From contig JBDHUP010000001.1 in NCBI GenBank assembly GCA_039809245.1, forward strand, positions 30,934 to 94,933: 64,000 nt of DNA. Reading direction: 5' to 3'. The DNA comes from Minisyncoccia bacterium. Lineage in GTDB: Bacteria > Patescibacteriota > Minisyncoccia > Phycocordibacterales > UBA9973. The notes under the pieces are model-generated. The model searched no databases. It was given only the letters and a program-made list of their open reading frames with translations, and was not told the DNA's origin. The position numbers were made by a program, and so were the translations under genes. This document shows, piece after piece, positions 10,201-18,660 of the stretch; within the stretch, counting starts at the first letter, position 1; each line of letters opens with the position of its first letter.

Positions 10201-10659
10201 AATTTTAAGATTTGAAATATGCTGATTACCATTAGTTCCTTCAGCGTTTGAAGTAAGCTCTATCATGGCTGTCCAATCACTACTAAGATTACTTTTCAAT
10301 ATAGAATTATTCCCATTTCCTTCAATGCTGACACCTGTATGCAATAGACAAGCTTCAGATTCTATATATGTACCAGCATTAACATGTATAATATCTCCTG
10401 AACCAGAGACTGAATTACAAGCTTTTGCAAGAGTCTTCCATGGAGAAGATTGAGCCCCAGAGTTAGAATCATTACCAGCAGTATCTACATAATATGTATT
10501 TCCGGCAGCAAAAGTGTGACTTGAAGATATCACAATTCCAACACTAAATATGAATGCTACTATTAATACAATATAGTGTACTGTATTCTTATTGGCTGTC
10601 TGGTGCCATTTATAATACCATGCTAAGTTGCTCTCTAATCTTTTATGTAGCTTTTCCAT
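7237..10659 (-). CDS. Giant cell-surface protein: N-terminal TM/signal anchor, right-handed parallel beta-helix region, Ig-like and PKD domains, C-terminal SPRY/B30.2-like domain
   Basis: 1140 aa. N-terminal hydrophobic anchor VHYIVLIVAFIFSVGIVISS. Asn-rich NN[IL] beta-helix repeats. PKD motif LTYLWTKISGGSGS. Two about 98-aa Ig-like repeats (DNIGVDHVDFYRN... and DNIGVTKVNFYKN...). C-terminal WNPSD...GKWYWEVKLD...GDVIGVALDMDSKTISFYKN...PAWG matches the SPRY pattern. Confidence 0.75.
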   Translation of the reverse strand: MEKLHKRLESNLAWYYKWHQTANKNTVHYIVLIVAFIFSVGIVISSSHTFAAGNTYYVDTAGNDSNSGAQSSPWKTLAKACNSVSGSGDIIHVNAGTYIESEACLLHTGVSIEGNGNNSILKSNLSSDWTAMIELTSNAEGTNGNQHISNLKIDGQNLHTFWGIQVAGRSNVSIYNTTIQDFKDRGVLFGGRIDTGDGAPNIYATGNSFHDNIMTNSARYVNNQYGAGALNIGGQDGMLIYNNTITQDSRPQGQNGWPIKYWNDGYLKGVKIYNNTLNKIMNGAPEGNNNWDFAIELFNVQGLEIYNNTMNGGGIDLNYQDKGSYAFSTWIHHNLIQMPYINNYIQTAVTLEFQTDTAIVEDNVFDKITTGVLYTPRDNSVIKNNIIRRNLIKNIGMGEGTGFFINFGGDGHTNVTYNGLSVYNNTMIMSPSNQTWWGIQLPSIDSGSISNVNIKNNIINGAMGAPITQYSSVGITNLNISNNDMYGNGNDNAPLLANAPAPVNYTYANNLININPAFANTSTYSLSASSPLIDSGINVGLPFSGSAPDIGYLETGSTPPPSDTTPPTVVSVTPTNNSTGVPVTIKPVVTFSEPLNSSTVTTSSVQIKQGSNIISSTSTYSNNKITITPLSSLSAGVTYSVTLTTAITDIAGNHLASNYTYNFTTLISSNLPPVANAGADQTITLPTNSASLSGSLSSDPENGPLTYLWTKISGGSGSMTTPNNVGTGVTGLSQGSYTFQLKVTDNGGLFATDTVTITVNNGPDTTSPLVLITNPTNGQTISQNKVIIVNVSDNIGVDHVDFYRNPTTGNPVLLGSGNPASNYSYSWNTTTVSNGIHLLTAKAYDAAGNSTISTPVSVIVSNTVSPGPDTIPPVVAITSPSSGQTLSSVVTLAASATDNIGVTKVNFYKNNTLIDTDTTAPWAITWNTTTVSNGAYSLTAKAYDAAGNIGNASAVSATVHNGVVLPSKVTYTTWNPSDKGSKVSLSNGNLTASWNRGIGVVRSKIGKSSGKWYWEVKLDKSGDQFVGVATSSANLNRILGEDSSGWSMVMDDGVKFHVGNQGYYGTEGHNGDVIGVALDMDSKTISFYKNCSSLGTAFTGLSGTIYPAWGSQYQDSDGTANFGARPFMCSVPSGFNSGLY
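7790..8400. repeat. Two tandem, roughly 296-bp direct repeats inside the surface-protein gene that encode the Ig-like domains
   Basis: Near-identical 60-nt blocks gccgcatcgtatgctttagcggt...gaaacggttgtagtattccaag occur at about 7829 and about 8125. Confidence 0.5.
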
Positions 10660-10757
10660 ATGTTTATATAAATCTATATTTATTATTATAAGCTAATTAT
10701 ACCAATATAGAGTGGTATGTCTATAAGAATTGTGTATAACTAATAAGCTGATAAAAT

Positions 10758-10786
10758 TTGCATTATTTAAAATAATATAGTAATAT
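10758..10786 (+). promoter_or_regulatory. Candidate sigma-70-type promoter for secG: TTGCAT-N17-TAATAT
   Basis: TTGCAT at 10758-10763, a 17-nt spacer, then TAATAT at 10781-10786. The predicted TSS would fall at or next to the ATG at 10793, implying a leaderless mRNA. The background is AT-rich, so chance occurrence is possible. Confidence 0.25.
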
Positions 10787-10792
10787 TGCCTA

Positions 10793-11026
10793 ATGACGAT
10801 TATTGCTACTATATTACCGTATATACAGATTATACTGTCTATTATTTTGATTGTTGCTATCCTATTACAGCAATCAGATACAGGCGCAGGAGGTGTTTTT
10901 GGGGGTGGAGATGGAGGTGGCTTATACCACACACGTCGAGGCTTCGAAAAGTTCCTATTTATTACAACAATTGTTGTTGGAATACTTTTTGCTGTATCAG
11001 CCTTTATTGCAATACTCGTTAAGTAA
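10793..11026 (+). CDS. secG: Preprotein translocase subunit SecG
   Basis: 77 aa, two TM helices flanking a Gly-rich loop. ILLQQSDTGAGGVFGGGDGGGLYHTRRGFEKFL fits the SecG pattern LLQ..G.G..FGGG....RRG.E..L. Confidence 0.6.
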   Translation: MTIIATILPYIQIILSIILIVAILLQQSDTGAGGVFGGGDGGGLYHTRRGFEKFLFITTIVVGILFAVSAFIAILVK

Positions 11027-11077
11027 GAGGTTTACTCCACTAAAATAACAACTAATAAAAGAGAATTTCTCTAAAAA

Positions 11078-12886
11078 GTGCATTGTATGCATAATTTCCT
11101 TAAATTTATAAAAGAATTTCGTATCCCTAAAAAAGATGAGCTTCGTGTTGCAATAGCATCATATGATAAAAAGAAGTTTTTAATTTTAGTTACAATTATT
11201 ATTGTAGCTTTTATTGCTGTGCTATCTATTTTAGATAAAATAAACTCCCAATTTGTAGTTACAGTCCCAGAAGATGGTGGCTCTATAACAGAAGGAATCA
11301 TTGGTGTTCCAACATTAATAAACCCAGTACTTGCAATATCAGATGCCGATAAAGATATATCTGCTCTTATATACTCAGGCTTAATGCGAAAAGATTCAAA
11401 TGGAGAACTTATTCCAGATTTAGCTGAATCATACACAGTATCACCAGACGGAATGACTTATACTTTTACATTGAAAAACAATCTAAAATTTCACGATGGA
11501 GAACCTCTAAATGCAGATGATGTTGTTTTCACAATTGAGAAAATAAAAGATCCATTAATAAAGAGTCCTCGTAAAGTGGGATGGGACGGGGTAGAAATAG
11601 AAAAGAAAAGTAGTAACACTGTCGTATTTACTCTTAAACAACCTTACATATCATTCTTAGATAATACCACTATCGGTATACTTCCAATGCATGTTTGGAA
11701 AAATGTAACTGAAGCTGAGTTTAGTCTATCCCCTTTAAATATTAAAGCTGTCGGTGAAGGACCATATATGATTAATTCAGTTGTAAAAGACAAAGATAGT
11801 ATTCCAGAAAGGTATAATCTCAGAAGATTTAAAGATTACAAACTCGGAACGCCTCATATAAAAAATATAACGTTTATTTCTTTCGCTAATGAAAAAGATT
11901 TAATGAAAGATCTGGTTAGTCACTCAATAGATCAAGCAAGTGGTCTGTCCCCTGAAAATTCTGAAAATATAATAAAAGCTGGATACATTATAAAAACTGC
12001 AATATTACCAAGAATATTTGGGATTTTCTGGAATAGTGAACATAACAAAATATTTACAGATAAAGCAGTCGTAAATGCATTTGATAAAGCTATTGATAGA
12101 CAAGAAATAGTTGATGAGGTTTTAAATGGATATGGGGCTCCAATTCACAGTCCAATACCAGAAACAATACTTCCAAATGAATCTGATCCATCATTTAGTA
12201 AGTCTCGCATAGAAGAATCAAAAGATATATTAGAGAAAGCTGGTTGGACTATAGGCCCAGATGGTATAAGAGTAAAAGGTGGAACAAAAGTCGTAACTCA
12301 AACAAAAAAAGTAGGTAAGAAAACAATTACTCAAAATGTAACAGTTAGTACTGGTCAGACAACAAAACTAGTCCTATCTATAACAACAGGAAATACTCCT
12401 GAGCTAAAAAAAGCTGCTATGTTGATAAAAGAACAATTAGAGAGTATAGGAGCTTCAGTTGATATAAAATCATACGAAACAGGTCCACTCAATCAGTTAA
12501 TTAGAAGTCGCGATTATGAAGCATTGTTCTTCGGCCAGATAATTAATCATGAGTCAGATTTATTCTCCTTCTGGCATTCATCACAGAAAAATGATCCTGG
12601 GTTAAACATTGCCTTATACAGTAATAAAAATGTAGATTCAATACTAGAAAGTGTTCAAAAAATTAATGACGTTGAGACTCGCTACAAAAAATACAGCGAC
12701 TTATCATTAGAATTCAACAAAGATCTTCCAGCTATATTAATCTACTCACCTAAATACCTATACGCAATTTCATCAAAGATACATAATCTTTCATTTGAAG
12801 CAATAACCGTGCCTTCAGACCGTTTTGTGTCAGCCTATAAATGGTATACCAACGAAGATAAGGTATGGAAAATCTTTACTAAATAA
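11078..12886 (+). CDS. ABC transporter substrate-binding protein, family 5 (peptide/nickel/oligopeptide type), membrane-anchored
   Basis: 602 aa. N-terminal TM anchor. PDLAESYTVSPDGMTYTFTLKNNLKFHDGEPLNADDVVFT is the hallmark of the SBP_bac_5 N-lobe. Confidence 0.7.
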   Translation: MHCMHNFLKFIKEFRIPKKDELRVAIASYDKKKFLILVTIIIVAFIAVLSILDKINSQFVVTVPEDGGSITEGIIGVPTLINPVLAISDADKDISALIYSGLMRKDSNGELIPDLAESYTVSPDGMTYTFTLKNNLKFHDGEPLNADDVVFTIEKIKDPLIKSPRKVGWDGVEIEKKSSNTVVFTLKQPYISFLDNTTIGILPMHVWKNVTEAEFSLSPLNIKAVGEGPYMINSVVKDKDSIPERYNLRRFKDYKLGTPHIKNITFISFANEKDLMKDLVSHSIDQASGLSPENSENIIKAGYIIKTAILPRIFGIFWNSEHNKIFTDKAVVNAFDKAIDRQEIVDEVLNGYGAPIHSPIPETILPNESDPSFSKSRIEESKDILEKAGWTIGPDGIRVKGGTKVVTQTKKVGKKTITQNVTVSTGQTTKLVLSITTGNTPELKKAAMLIKEQLESIGASVDIKSYETGPLNQLIRSRDYEALFFGQIINHESDLFSFWHSSQKNDPGLNIALYSNKNVDSILESVQKINDVETRYKKYSDLSLEFNKDLPAILIYSPKYLYAISSKIHNLSFEAITVPSDRFVSAYKWYTNEDKVWKIFTK

Positions 12887-12903
12887 ATATAAATTAAATA
12901 ATT

Positions 12904-14871
12904 ATGAACGAAACACCTAACGCACCACATAACCCACAAAACAGAAACCCTAAGAGTACTCATCATTTCAAAACACATAAAACAAATGTGCGAACTTTGC
13001 ATAAGAATACAAACACTACACACAAGAGTCCACATCCAACCCATAAACAAACGGGTCATGGTAAACCAGTAAGTAGAAGTAGTTACCAATATGGTAATAC
13101 AAAAGGAGGTAGACGCCCTCGTGCTATGGCACAAGATGCGAATGAAAAACCAGCGCCATTAAAAAAGAAGACCACTTCTATCCCTCCTGTAGCTCCTGGA
13201 GTTATCCGTATAATACCTCTAGGTGGTGTTGAAGAAATTGGAAAGAACATGACAGCTATAGAGATTGGTAATGACATTATAGTTATAGATGCTGGTATGC
13301 AATTTAAGACAGAAGATACACCAGGAATTGATTACATAATTCCTAACACAACTTATCTAGAAGAGAGAAAAGAAAAGATTAGAGGTATGTTTGTAACTCA
13401 TGGACACTTAGATCACATAGGTGGTATTCCACTTGTTATGAGTCGTATAGGGAACCCTCCACTTTACTCTAGAAACCTTTCTATTCTTCTTATGAAAAAA
13501 CGCCAAGAAGAGTTCTCTCACCTGCCGGCACTAAACTGTCAGATAGTTGAGAAGGATTCAGTGATAACAGTTGGAGATATGCGCATAAGATTCTTCGGAG
13601 TAACTCATACAGTCCCAGATTCAATGGGTATAATAGTAGAAACTCCATACGGACTAATCGTTACTCCAGGTGACTATAAACTTGATCAAATTGATGGAGT
13701 CGTATCAGATGAAGAAGAGAAGGAATACGCCTTCTTTGACAAAGAAAAAGTATTACTACTTCTGACTGATTCAACAAACATAGAAAATGAAGGCTTCTCT
13801 CTTCCTGAATCAAAAGTAAATGAAGGACTGGGTAAGCTTATACGTACCTGCAGTGGCCGTATCATTATCGCTGCGTTTGCTTCACACATAACCCGCCTAG
13901 TTAAGATCGTTGAAACTGCTGAAGCATTAGGCAAAAAAGTAGTGCTTGATGGTAGATCACTAAAAACAAACATGGAAGTCTGTGAGCAAGCCGGCTTATT
14001 TAAACCCAAGAAAGGAACTATCATTCCAGTAGAAGAAGCTGATAGTTATCCTCCAAATAAAGTTATAGTCCTTATGACTGGTGCTCAAGGAGAAGAGTTT
14101 GCTTCACTTAACCGCGCCGCAAACAAAACTCATAAGAAGTTTACTATCCGGGCCGGAGACACAATTATACTTTCAGCCTCTATTGTCCCTGGCAATGAAA
14201 TATCAGTTCAACATTTAAAAGACAATCTAGCTCGCCATGGAGTAAAGATTATAAGTTATAGAACCTCTGAAGAAACCATTCATGCTACAGGTCACGGAAA
14301 CCAAGAAGATGTGAAGTGGCTTCATAGGAAGACTCACCCAAAATTCTTTATACCTATACACGGATGGCACTCAATGCTCGTAAAGCATAAAGAGGTAGCT
14401 ATGTCACTCGGGATGTCTGAAGAGAATATCGTTGTGCCAGATAATGGATCTATAATTGAAATCACAGATGAAGGGACAAAAATAGGAGTAAGGAAAGAAA
14501 AAGCTCCATCAAATCCTATGATGGTAGATGGATTCTCAATTGGCGATGAACAAGAAGTTGTCATTAGAGACCGTCAGATGCTTGCCCAAGATGGTATGTT
14601 CGTCCTTATTGCAACCATCGACTCTACAACGGGTAAACTACGTAAGTCCCCTGATATAATTTCACGTGGTTTTATCTATCTAAAAGAAAATCAGGAATTA
14701 CTACATCAAGTCAGATTGATTATAAAGAAGAGTATAGAAGACGGAACTAGAGGAATGAACCCTATTAATTTTGATTTAATTAAAACTTCGCTTGGAGATA
14801 ATATTTCTAAATTCCTTTTCCAGAAGACTGCTAAGCGTCCACTTGTAATACCTGTACTACTAAGTGTCTAA
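12904..14871 (+). CDS. rnj: Ribonuclease J (MBL + beta-CASP); annotated start is probably too far upstream, with the true start likely the ATG at 13126
   Basis: RIIPLGGVEEIGKNMTAIE is the RNase J N-terminus. MBL motif VTHGHLDHIGGIP. beta-CASP and C-terminal domain present. A strong SD AAAAGGAGGT at 13101-13110 lies 15 nt before the in-frame ATG at 13126. Confidence 0.85.
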   Translation: MNETPNAPHNPQNRNPKSTHHFKTHKTNVRTLHKNTNTTHKSPHPTHKQTGHGKPVSRSSYQYGNTKGGRRPRAMAQDANEKPAPLKKKTTSIPPVAPGVIRIIPLGGVEEIGKNMTAIEIGNDIIVIDAGMQFKTEDTPGIDYIIPNTTYLEERKEKIRGMFVTHGHLDHIGGIPLVMSRIGNPPLYSRNLSILLMKKRQEEFSHLPALNCQIVEKDSVITVGDMRIRFFGVTHTVPDSMGIIVETPYGLIVTPGDYKLDQIDGVVSDEEEKEYAFFDKEKVLLLLTDSTNIENEGFSLPESKVNEGLGKLIRTCSGRIIIAAFASHITRLVKIVETAEALGKKVVLDGRSLKTNMEVCEQAGLFKPKKGTIIPVEEADSYPPNKVIVLMTGAQGEEFASLNRAANKTHKKFTIRAGDTIILSASIVPGNEISVQHLKDNLARHGVKIISYRTSEETIHATGHGNQEDVKWLHRKTHPKFFIPIHGWHSMLVKHKEVAMSLGMSEENIVVPDNGSIIEITDEGTKIGVRKEKAPSNPMMVDGFSIGDEQEVVIRDRQMLAQDGMFVLIATIDSTTGKLRKSPDIISRGFIYLKENQELLHQVRLIIKKSIEDGTRGMNPINFDLIKTSLGDNISKFLFQKTAKRPLVIPVLLSV

Positions 14872-14877
14872 AACTAT

Positions 14878-16062
14878 ATGAAATTAAGTAAAATTAACAG
14901 AATGTACTTATTGTCATTTATATTTACTTTGCACATATCATTATCTGCATATGTTAATTCTACTTTTCTAATAAAATTCTTCTCAGAAAAATATGTAGGA
15001 GTTTTCTATACTGTAGCATCTGTAATAACTCTTATCCTACTATCAAATAGTTCAACTATACTTAAAAACCTAGGTAATCGTAGATTTGTTCTATGGTTAC
15101 TTATTATAAATGCATTTTCTCTGATGGGTATAATAACTATTACAAACCCTTACATAGTTGGACTCTCATTTATAGCTTTATTCTCAACAAACACTCTCGT
15201 ATTCTTCTGTATAGACATATTCATCGAACATTTCGGCAATCCTACAACTATAGGTAGAAATCGTAGCTTATATCTAACAGTTATAAATATAGCTTGGCTC
15301 ATTTCCCCTCTTATAACAGCTGTATTAGTTAGTAATAAAGAAGGTTACTTAACTATATATATCATAGCTTTGATTGCCTGCCTTATAACAATAGTTGGAC
15401 TTGCTTCTTCTGTAAGAGAGTTTGAGGATAAAAAATATGTAAAAACCCCTTTCCTAAAAGCTTATCGTTATCTAAAAACCAACAGACACATGCTATCAAT
15501 TACAATTATTGATTTCTTATTACAGTTCTTCTATGTATGGATGGTCATTTACGTACCTATATATTTACATTCGCATATTGGATTTGGGTGGGATAAACTC
15601 GGAGTCATATTTACTATAATGCTTCTACCTTTTGTGCTTTTCGAATTCCCTGTTGGTGTTCTTATAGATAAATATCATATAAGCAAAAGATCTCTCCTAT
15701 ATTTAGGATTTACAACAATTGCACTTGCAATACTAGCTATAGCATTCATAACTACAAAAAATATAGCTGTGTGGGCATTGATACTATTTATGACTCGTAC
15801 AGGAGCAAGTATCGTTGAATCAACAGCAGAAATTTACTTCTTTACACATGTCACAGAAGAAGATGCTTATCTACTCGGGATATTTAGAGATATGTCACCA
15901 GTAGCCTACATAGTAGCTCCACTTGTAGCTACAGCGGTATTTGCTTTCCTTCCTTTTAATTATTTATTTATTGTACTTGCAATAATCCTACTAACTGCCT
16001 TTTATTATATTCGTCTTTTAAAACACAATCATGGACCTACAGTACCCTATCAGAATCAATAG
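14878..16062 (+). CDS. MFS-type transporter, about 12 TM helices
   Basis: 394 aa, strongly hydrophobic with 12 predicted helices in two halves. Confidence 0.55.
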   Translation: MKLSKINRMYLLSFIFTLHISLSAYVNSTFLIKFFSEKYVGVFYTVASVITLILLSNSSTILKNLGNRRFVLWLLIINAFSLMGIITITNPYIVGLSFIALFSTNTLVFFCIDIFIEHFGNPTTIGRNRSLYLTVINIAWLISPLITAVLVSNKEGYLTIYIIALIACLITIVGLASSVREFEDKKYVKTPFLKAYRYLKTNRHMLSITIIDFLLQFFYVWMVIYVPIYLHSHIGFGWDKLGVIFTIMLLPFVLFEFPVGVLIDKYHISKRSLLYLGFTTIALAILAIAFITTKNIAVWALILFMTRTGASIVESTAEIYFFTHVTEEDAYLLGIFRDMSPVAYIVAPLVATAVFAFLPFNYLFIVLAIILLTAFYYIRLLKHNHGPTVPYQNQ

Positions 16063-16735
16063 ATATCTTGCTCTGCACAACTTCGCCACTCGAACTGGCG
16101 CGGATGAACTTATCAAAAAAGGATATGTTCTTATAAATGGACGCAAGGCAGTACTTGGCGACCAAGTTAATAAAGGTGACAAAGTAGAGGTTAGTAATAA
16201 AAAACCTAAAGATAACTATGTATACTATGCATACAATAAAGCCATGGGTATTTCAACAAACCCAGATGAAGGTAGTAAAGATATATTGAAAGTTACAAAG
16301 TTCCCAGTGAAAGTCTTCCCTGTTGGTAGACTAGATAAAGACTCACATGGATTAATAATAATGACTAATGATGGCCGTGTGACAGATAGACTCCTATCCC
16401 CTAAATATGTCCATGAAAAAGAGTATGTTGTGAAAGTTGAACCAGCTTTTTCTGACAAGTTTTTAGAGCTTATGGGTAATGGTGTAAAATTTGATGGGTT
16501 TGTCAGTAAGAAATGTAAAGTGTGGAGAAAGAGTAAAAATGTTTTCCATATAATCCTCACTGAGGGTAAGAAGCGTCAGATCCGCCGTATGTGCGAAGCT
16601 CTACACCATAAGGTTATAGACTTAAGACGTATCCGCATAATGAATATAGAACTAGATAAGATCCCTTTCGGTGGATTCGTAGAAATCAGAGGCAAGGAAT
16701 TAGATGAACTACTTAAATCTCTTAAATTAAGATAG
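16031..16735 (+). CDS. rRNA pseudouridine synthase, RsuA/RluB family, with S4 domain
   Basis: S4 domain RINRYLALHNFATRTGADELIKKGYVLINGRKA. Catalytic PVGRLDKDSHGLIIMTNDG. 32-nt overlap with the upstream MFS gene. Confidence 0.75.
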   Translation: MDLQYPIRINRYLALHNFATRTGADELIKKGYVLINGRKAVLGDQVNKGDKVEVSNKKPKDNYVYYAYNKAMGISTNPDEGSKDILKVTKFPVKVFPVGRLDKDSHGLIIMTNDGRVTDRLLSPKYVHEKEYVVKVEPAFSDKFLELMGNGVKFDGFVSKKCKVWRKSKNVFHIILTEGKKRQIRRMCEALHHKVIDLRRIRIMNIELDKIPFGGFVEIRGKELDELLKSLKLR

Positions 16736-16747
16736 AATAAACTTGTA

Positions 16748-17338
16748 ATGAAAATTAAAACAATTATTAGTACATTCTCGATTTTATTAATATTCATTGG
16801 TTATGCTCCTTATGTGTTTAATATTTTAAAAGGTAGAACAAGACCTCATGTATTCTCTTGGTTTATATGGGGTTTAACTACTGGAATTGTCTATGCTTTA
16901 CAAGTAAGCGCTGGTGCTGGAGTAGGTGCTTGGGTAACTTTATGTATAACACTCGTACTTATTTCTGTATTTTTCTTAAGTCTAAAAAATGGAAATAAAG
17001 ATATTAGGAAAATAGATATTGTGTTCTTTGTATCTGCGCTAATAGCTATACCAGTATGGCTTGTAGTTAAACAGCCAGTCATTTCAATAATATTACTTGC
17101 AACTATAGATATGATAGGATTTGCTCCTACAATTAGAAAATCTTGGAACGATCCATATTCTGAAACTTTATCACTCTATACTATTACGACTTTTAGGCAT
17201 GGTTTAACAATTTTTGCATTAGAAAAATTAAATTTTATAACTTTGTTATATCCGGTAATATGGGTTATCGCGAATGCAGCCTTTGCAATTATATTAATAA
17301 TTAGACGTAATAAGATATCAAAAAACCCTCTCAGTTGA
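16748..17338 (+). CDS. Hypothetical polytopic membrane protein
   Basis: 196 aa, about 6 TM helices, no recognisable motif. Confidence 0.4.
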   Translation: MKIKTIISTFSILLIFIGYAPYVFNILKGRTRPHVFSWFIWGLTTGIVYALQVSAGAGVGAWVTLCITLVLISVFFLSLKNGNKDIRKIDIVFFVSALIAIPVWLVVKQPVISIILLATIDMIGFAPTIRKSWNDPYSETLSLYTITTFRHGLTIFALEKLNFITLLYPVIWVIANAAFAIILIIRRNKISKNPLS

Positions 17339-17350
17339 GAGGGTTTTTTC
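17321..17350. terminator. Bidirectional rho-independent terminator between convergent genes
   Basis: AAAAACCCTCTC-AGTT-GAGAGGGTTTTTT, with A-run and T-run flanks that serve both strands. The stop codon of 16748..17338 lies within the stem. Confidence 0.6.
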
Positions 17351-17550
17351 TATTTTGCGATATAAGGTAGTAAGCCCATAAATCGAGCGCGTTTGATAGC
17401 AACAGCAAGCTTTCTTTGGTTCTTAGCAGTTACATCTGTACGCTTACGAGACTGCATACGAGCAGAAGGAGTAAGGAATCGCTTCAGCAACTCTGTATCC
17501 TTGTAGTCAATATGCTTTATATTGTTTGATGAGAAATAATCTTGTTTCAT
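17350..17550 (-). CDS. rpsR: 30S ribosomal protein S18
   Basis: 66 aa. RKRTDVTAKNQRKLAVAIKRARFMGLLPY. Confidence 0.85.
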   Translation of the reverse strand: MKQDYFSSNNIKHIDYKDTELLKRFLTPSARMQSRKRTDVTAKNQRKLAVAIKRARFMGLLPYIAK

Positions 17551-17573
17551 AATCTTTAGTTTAATTAATAATT

Positions 17574-18026
17574 TTAAAAAGGAATATCTTCAGCATTAAT
17601 CTGTTCATCTGGATACTCTATAGTATCTAGAGAATCATCTTCTTCAGAAGAAGCCGGACTTGAAGATTGAGCTTTTGGCGCACCTCCACCACTTCCTCCC
17701 CCAGTTCCAAACTGGACACGGTCTGCGATAACCTCTGTACGGTACTTCTTTGTGCCTGTACCTGCATCATCCCAGCTTCGTGTCTGCATTCGGCCTTCAA
17801 CCATAACCTGGCTACCCTTCTTCATATACTGAGCGACAGTTTCAGCTTGGCGACCAAAAACAACGATGTTATGATAATCAGCAGATTCTTGTTTTGCTCC
17901 ATTTTTGTCTTTCCAGACTCTATTAGTTGCAATTGAGAAACTACAAACTTTAATCCCTGATGGAAGAGCTTTTAGCTCTGGATCACGAGTTAAGTTACCT
18001 ATAAGTAATGCTTTGTTTAAATACAT
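17574..18026 (-). CDS. ssb: Single-stranded DNA-binding protein
   Basis: 150 aa. OB fold LNKALLIGNLTRDPEL. Gly-rich linker. Acidic tail ending DIPF. Confidence 0.85.
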   Translation of the reverse strand: MYLNKALLIGNLTRDPELKALPSGIKVCSFSIATNRVWKDKNGAKQESADYHNIVVFGRQAETVAQYMKKGSQVMVEGRMQTRSWDDAGTGTKKYRTEVIADRVQFGTGGGSGGGAPKAQSSSPASSEEDDSLDTIEYPDEQINAEDIPF

Positions 18027-18055
18027 AATGTTTAATAGTTAGATTAGTAATAACT

Positions 18056-18559
18056 CTATTCTACTATAAGTGCATCAATTTCCTTGTCTATAACTTCTTC
18101 ATCGATAGGACCACTTTCTTCTTCACTCTTAGATGAGTGACGCTTAGCTGCATCATTCTTATAAGGACGCTTAACTGACATTGTATTCTCGCGAACAGTT
18201 TTGATCATAAGGTATCTGACTAGCTTTTCATTCTTGTCGAGTAAATCTTTGATAGACTTTGCTTGATCTGTTGTACACTCAAACTTTATCCATCCAAAGT
18301 AACCATATGAGAACTTCTGCTTTTTGTTTGCAATAGAACGAGACATTTCATATGCCAGTTCCATCATCTTTGGGTATTCATCAGAAATGAAAGCTACCCC
18401 TTGACCTGCAAACATGTCTTTAAATTCAGAAACCTCACCACCAAGATTCTCCTCAGCGATAGTTGGAACCATAATGTACCCAACTTCGTAAACATTCACC
18501 TTACCTTCTTTTTCTTCTACCTCTACTTCTTTTTTAGCCATTTTAAATGCGTAAAACAC
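18056..18559 (-). CDS. rpsF: 30S ribosomal protein S6, with N- and C-terminal extensions
   Basis: 167 aa. Core YEVGYIMVPTIAEE...GYFGWIKFE...VRYLMIKT. Classic rpsF-ssb-rpsR order. The start may instead be the Met at 18541. Confidence 0.7.
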   Translation of the reverse strand: MFYAFKMAKKEVEVEEKEGKVNVYEVGYIMVPTIAEENLGGEVSEFKDMFAGQGVAFISDEYPKMMELAYEMSRSIANKKQKFSYGYFGWIKFECTTDQAKSIKDLLDKNEKLVRYLMIKTVRENTMSVKRPYKNDAAKRHSSKSEEESGPIDEEVIDKEIDALIVE

Positions 18560-18660
18560 GCTTTGATTACTATTTATAATACTGTCTCACTATGGACCTG
18601 TGTGTACCAGTTATAAGACTGGGACAAGCGAGACGTGGAAATATACTAACAAATATAAGC

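Noticed and set aside
10693-11048. Overlapping ORFs 10693..10932 (minus strand), 10786..11022 and 10851..11048 (plus strand)
   Set aside because: Alternative frames over secG. Only the 10793..11026 frame gives the two-TM-plus-Gly-loop SecG pattern.
12835-13277. Minus-strand ORFs 12835..13134 and 13083..13277 (Cys/Met/Trp-rich translations)
   Set aside because: Antisense to the CA-rich rnj leader and N-terminus. The composition is an artefact of reading a G/T-poor strand backwards.
18541-18559. rpsF N-terminal 6-aa MFYAFK extension
   Set aside because: It could simply be a mis-called start. The Met at 18541 gives MAKKE... Not enough evidence either way to count as a finding.
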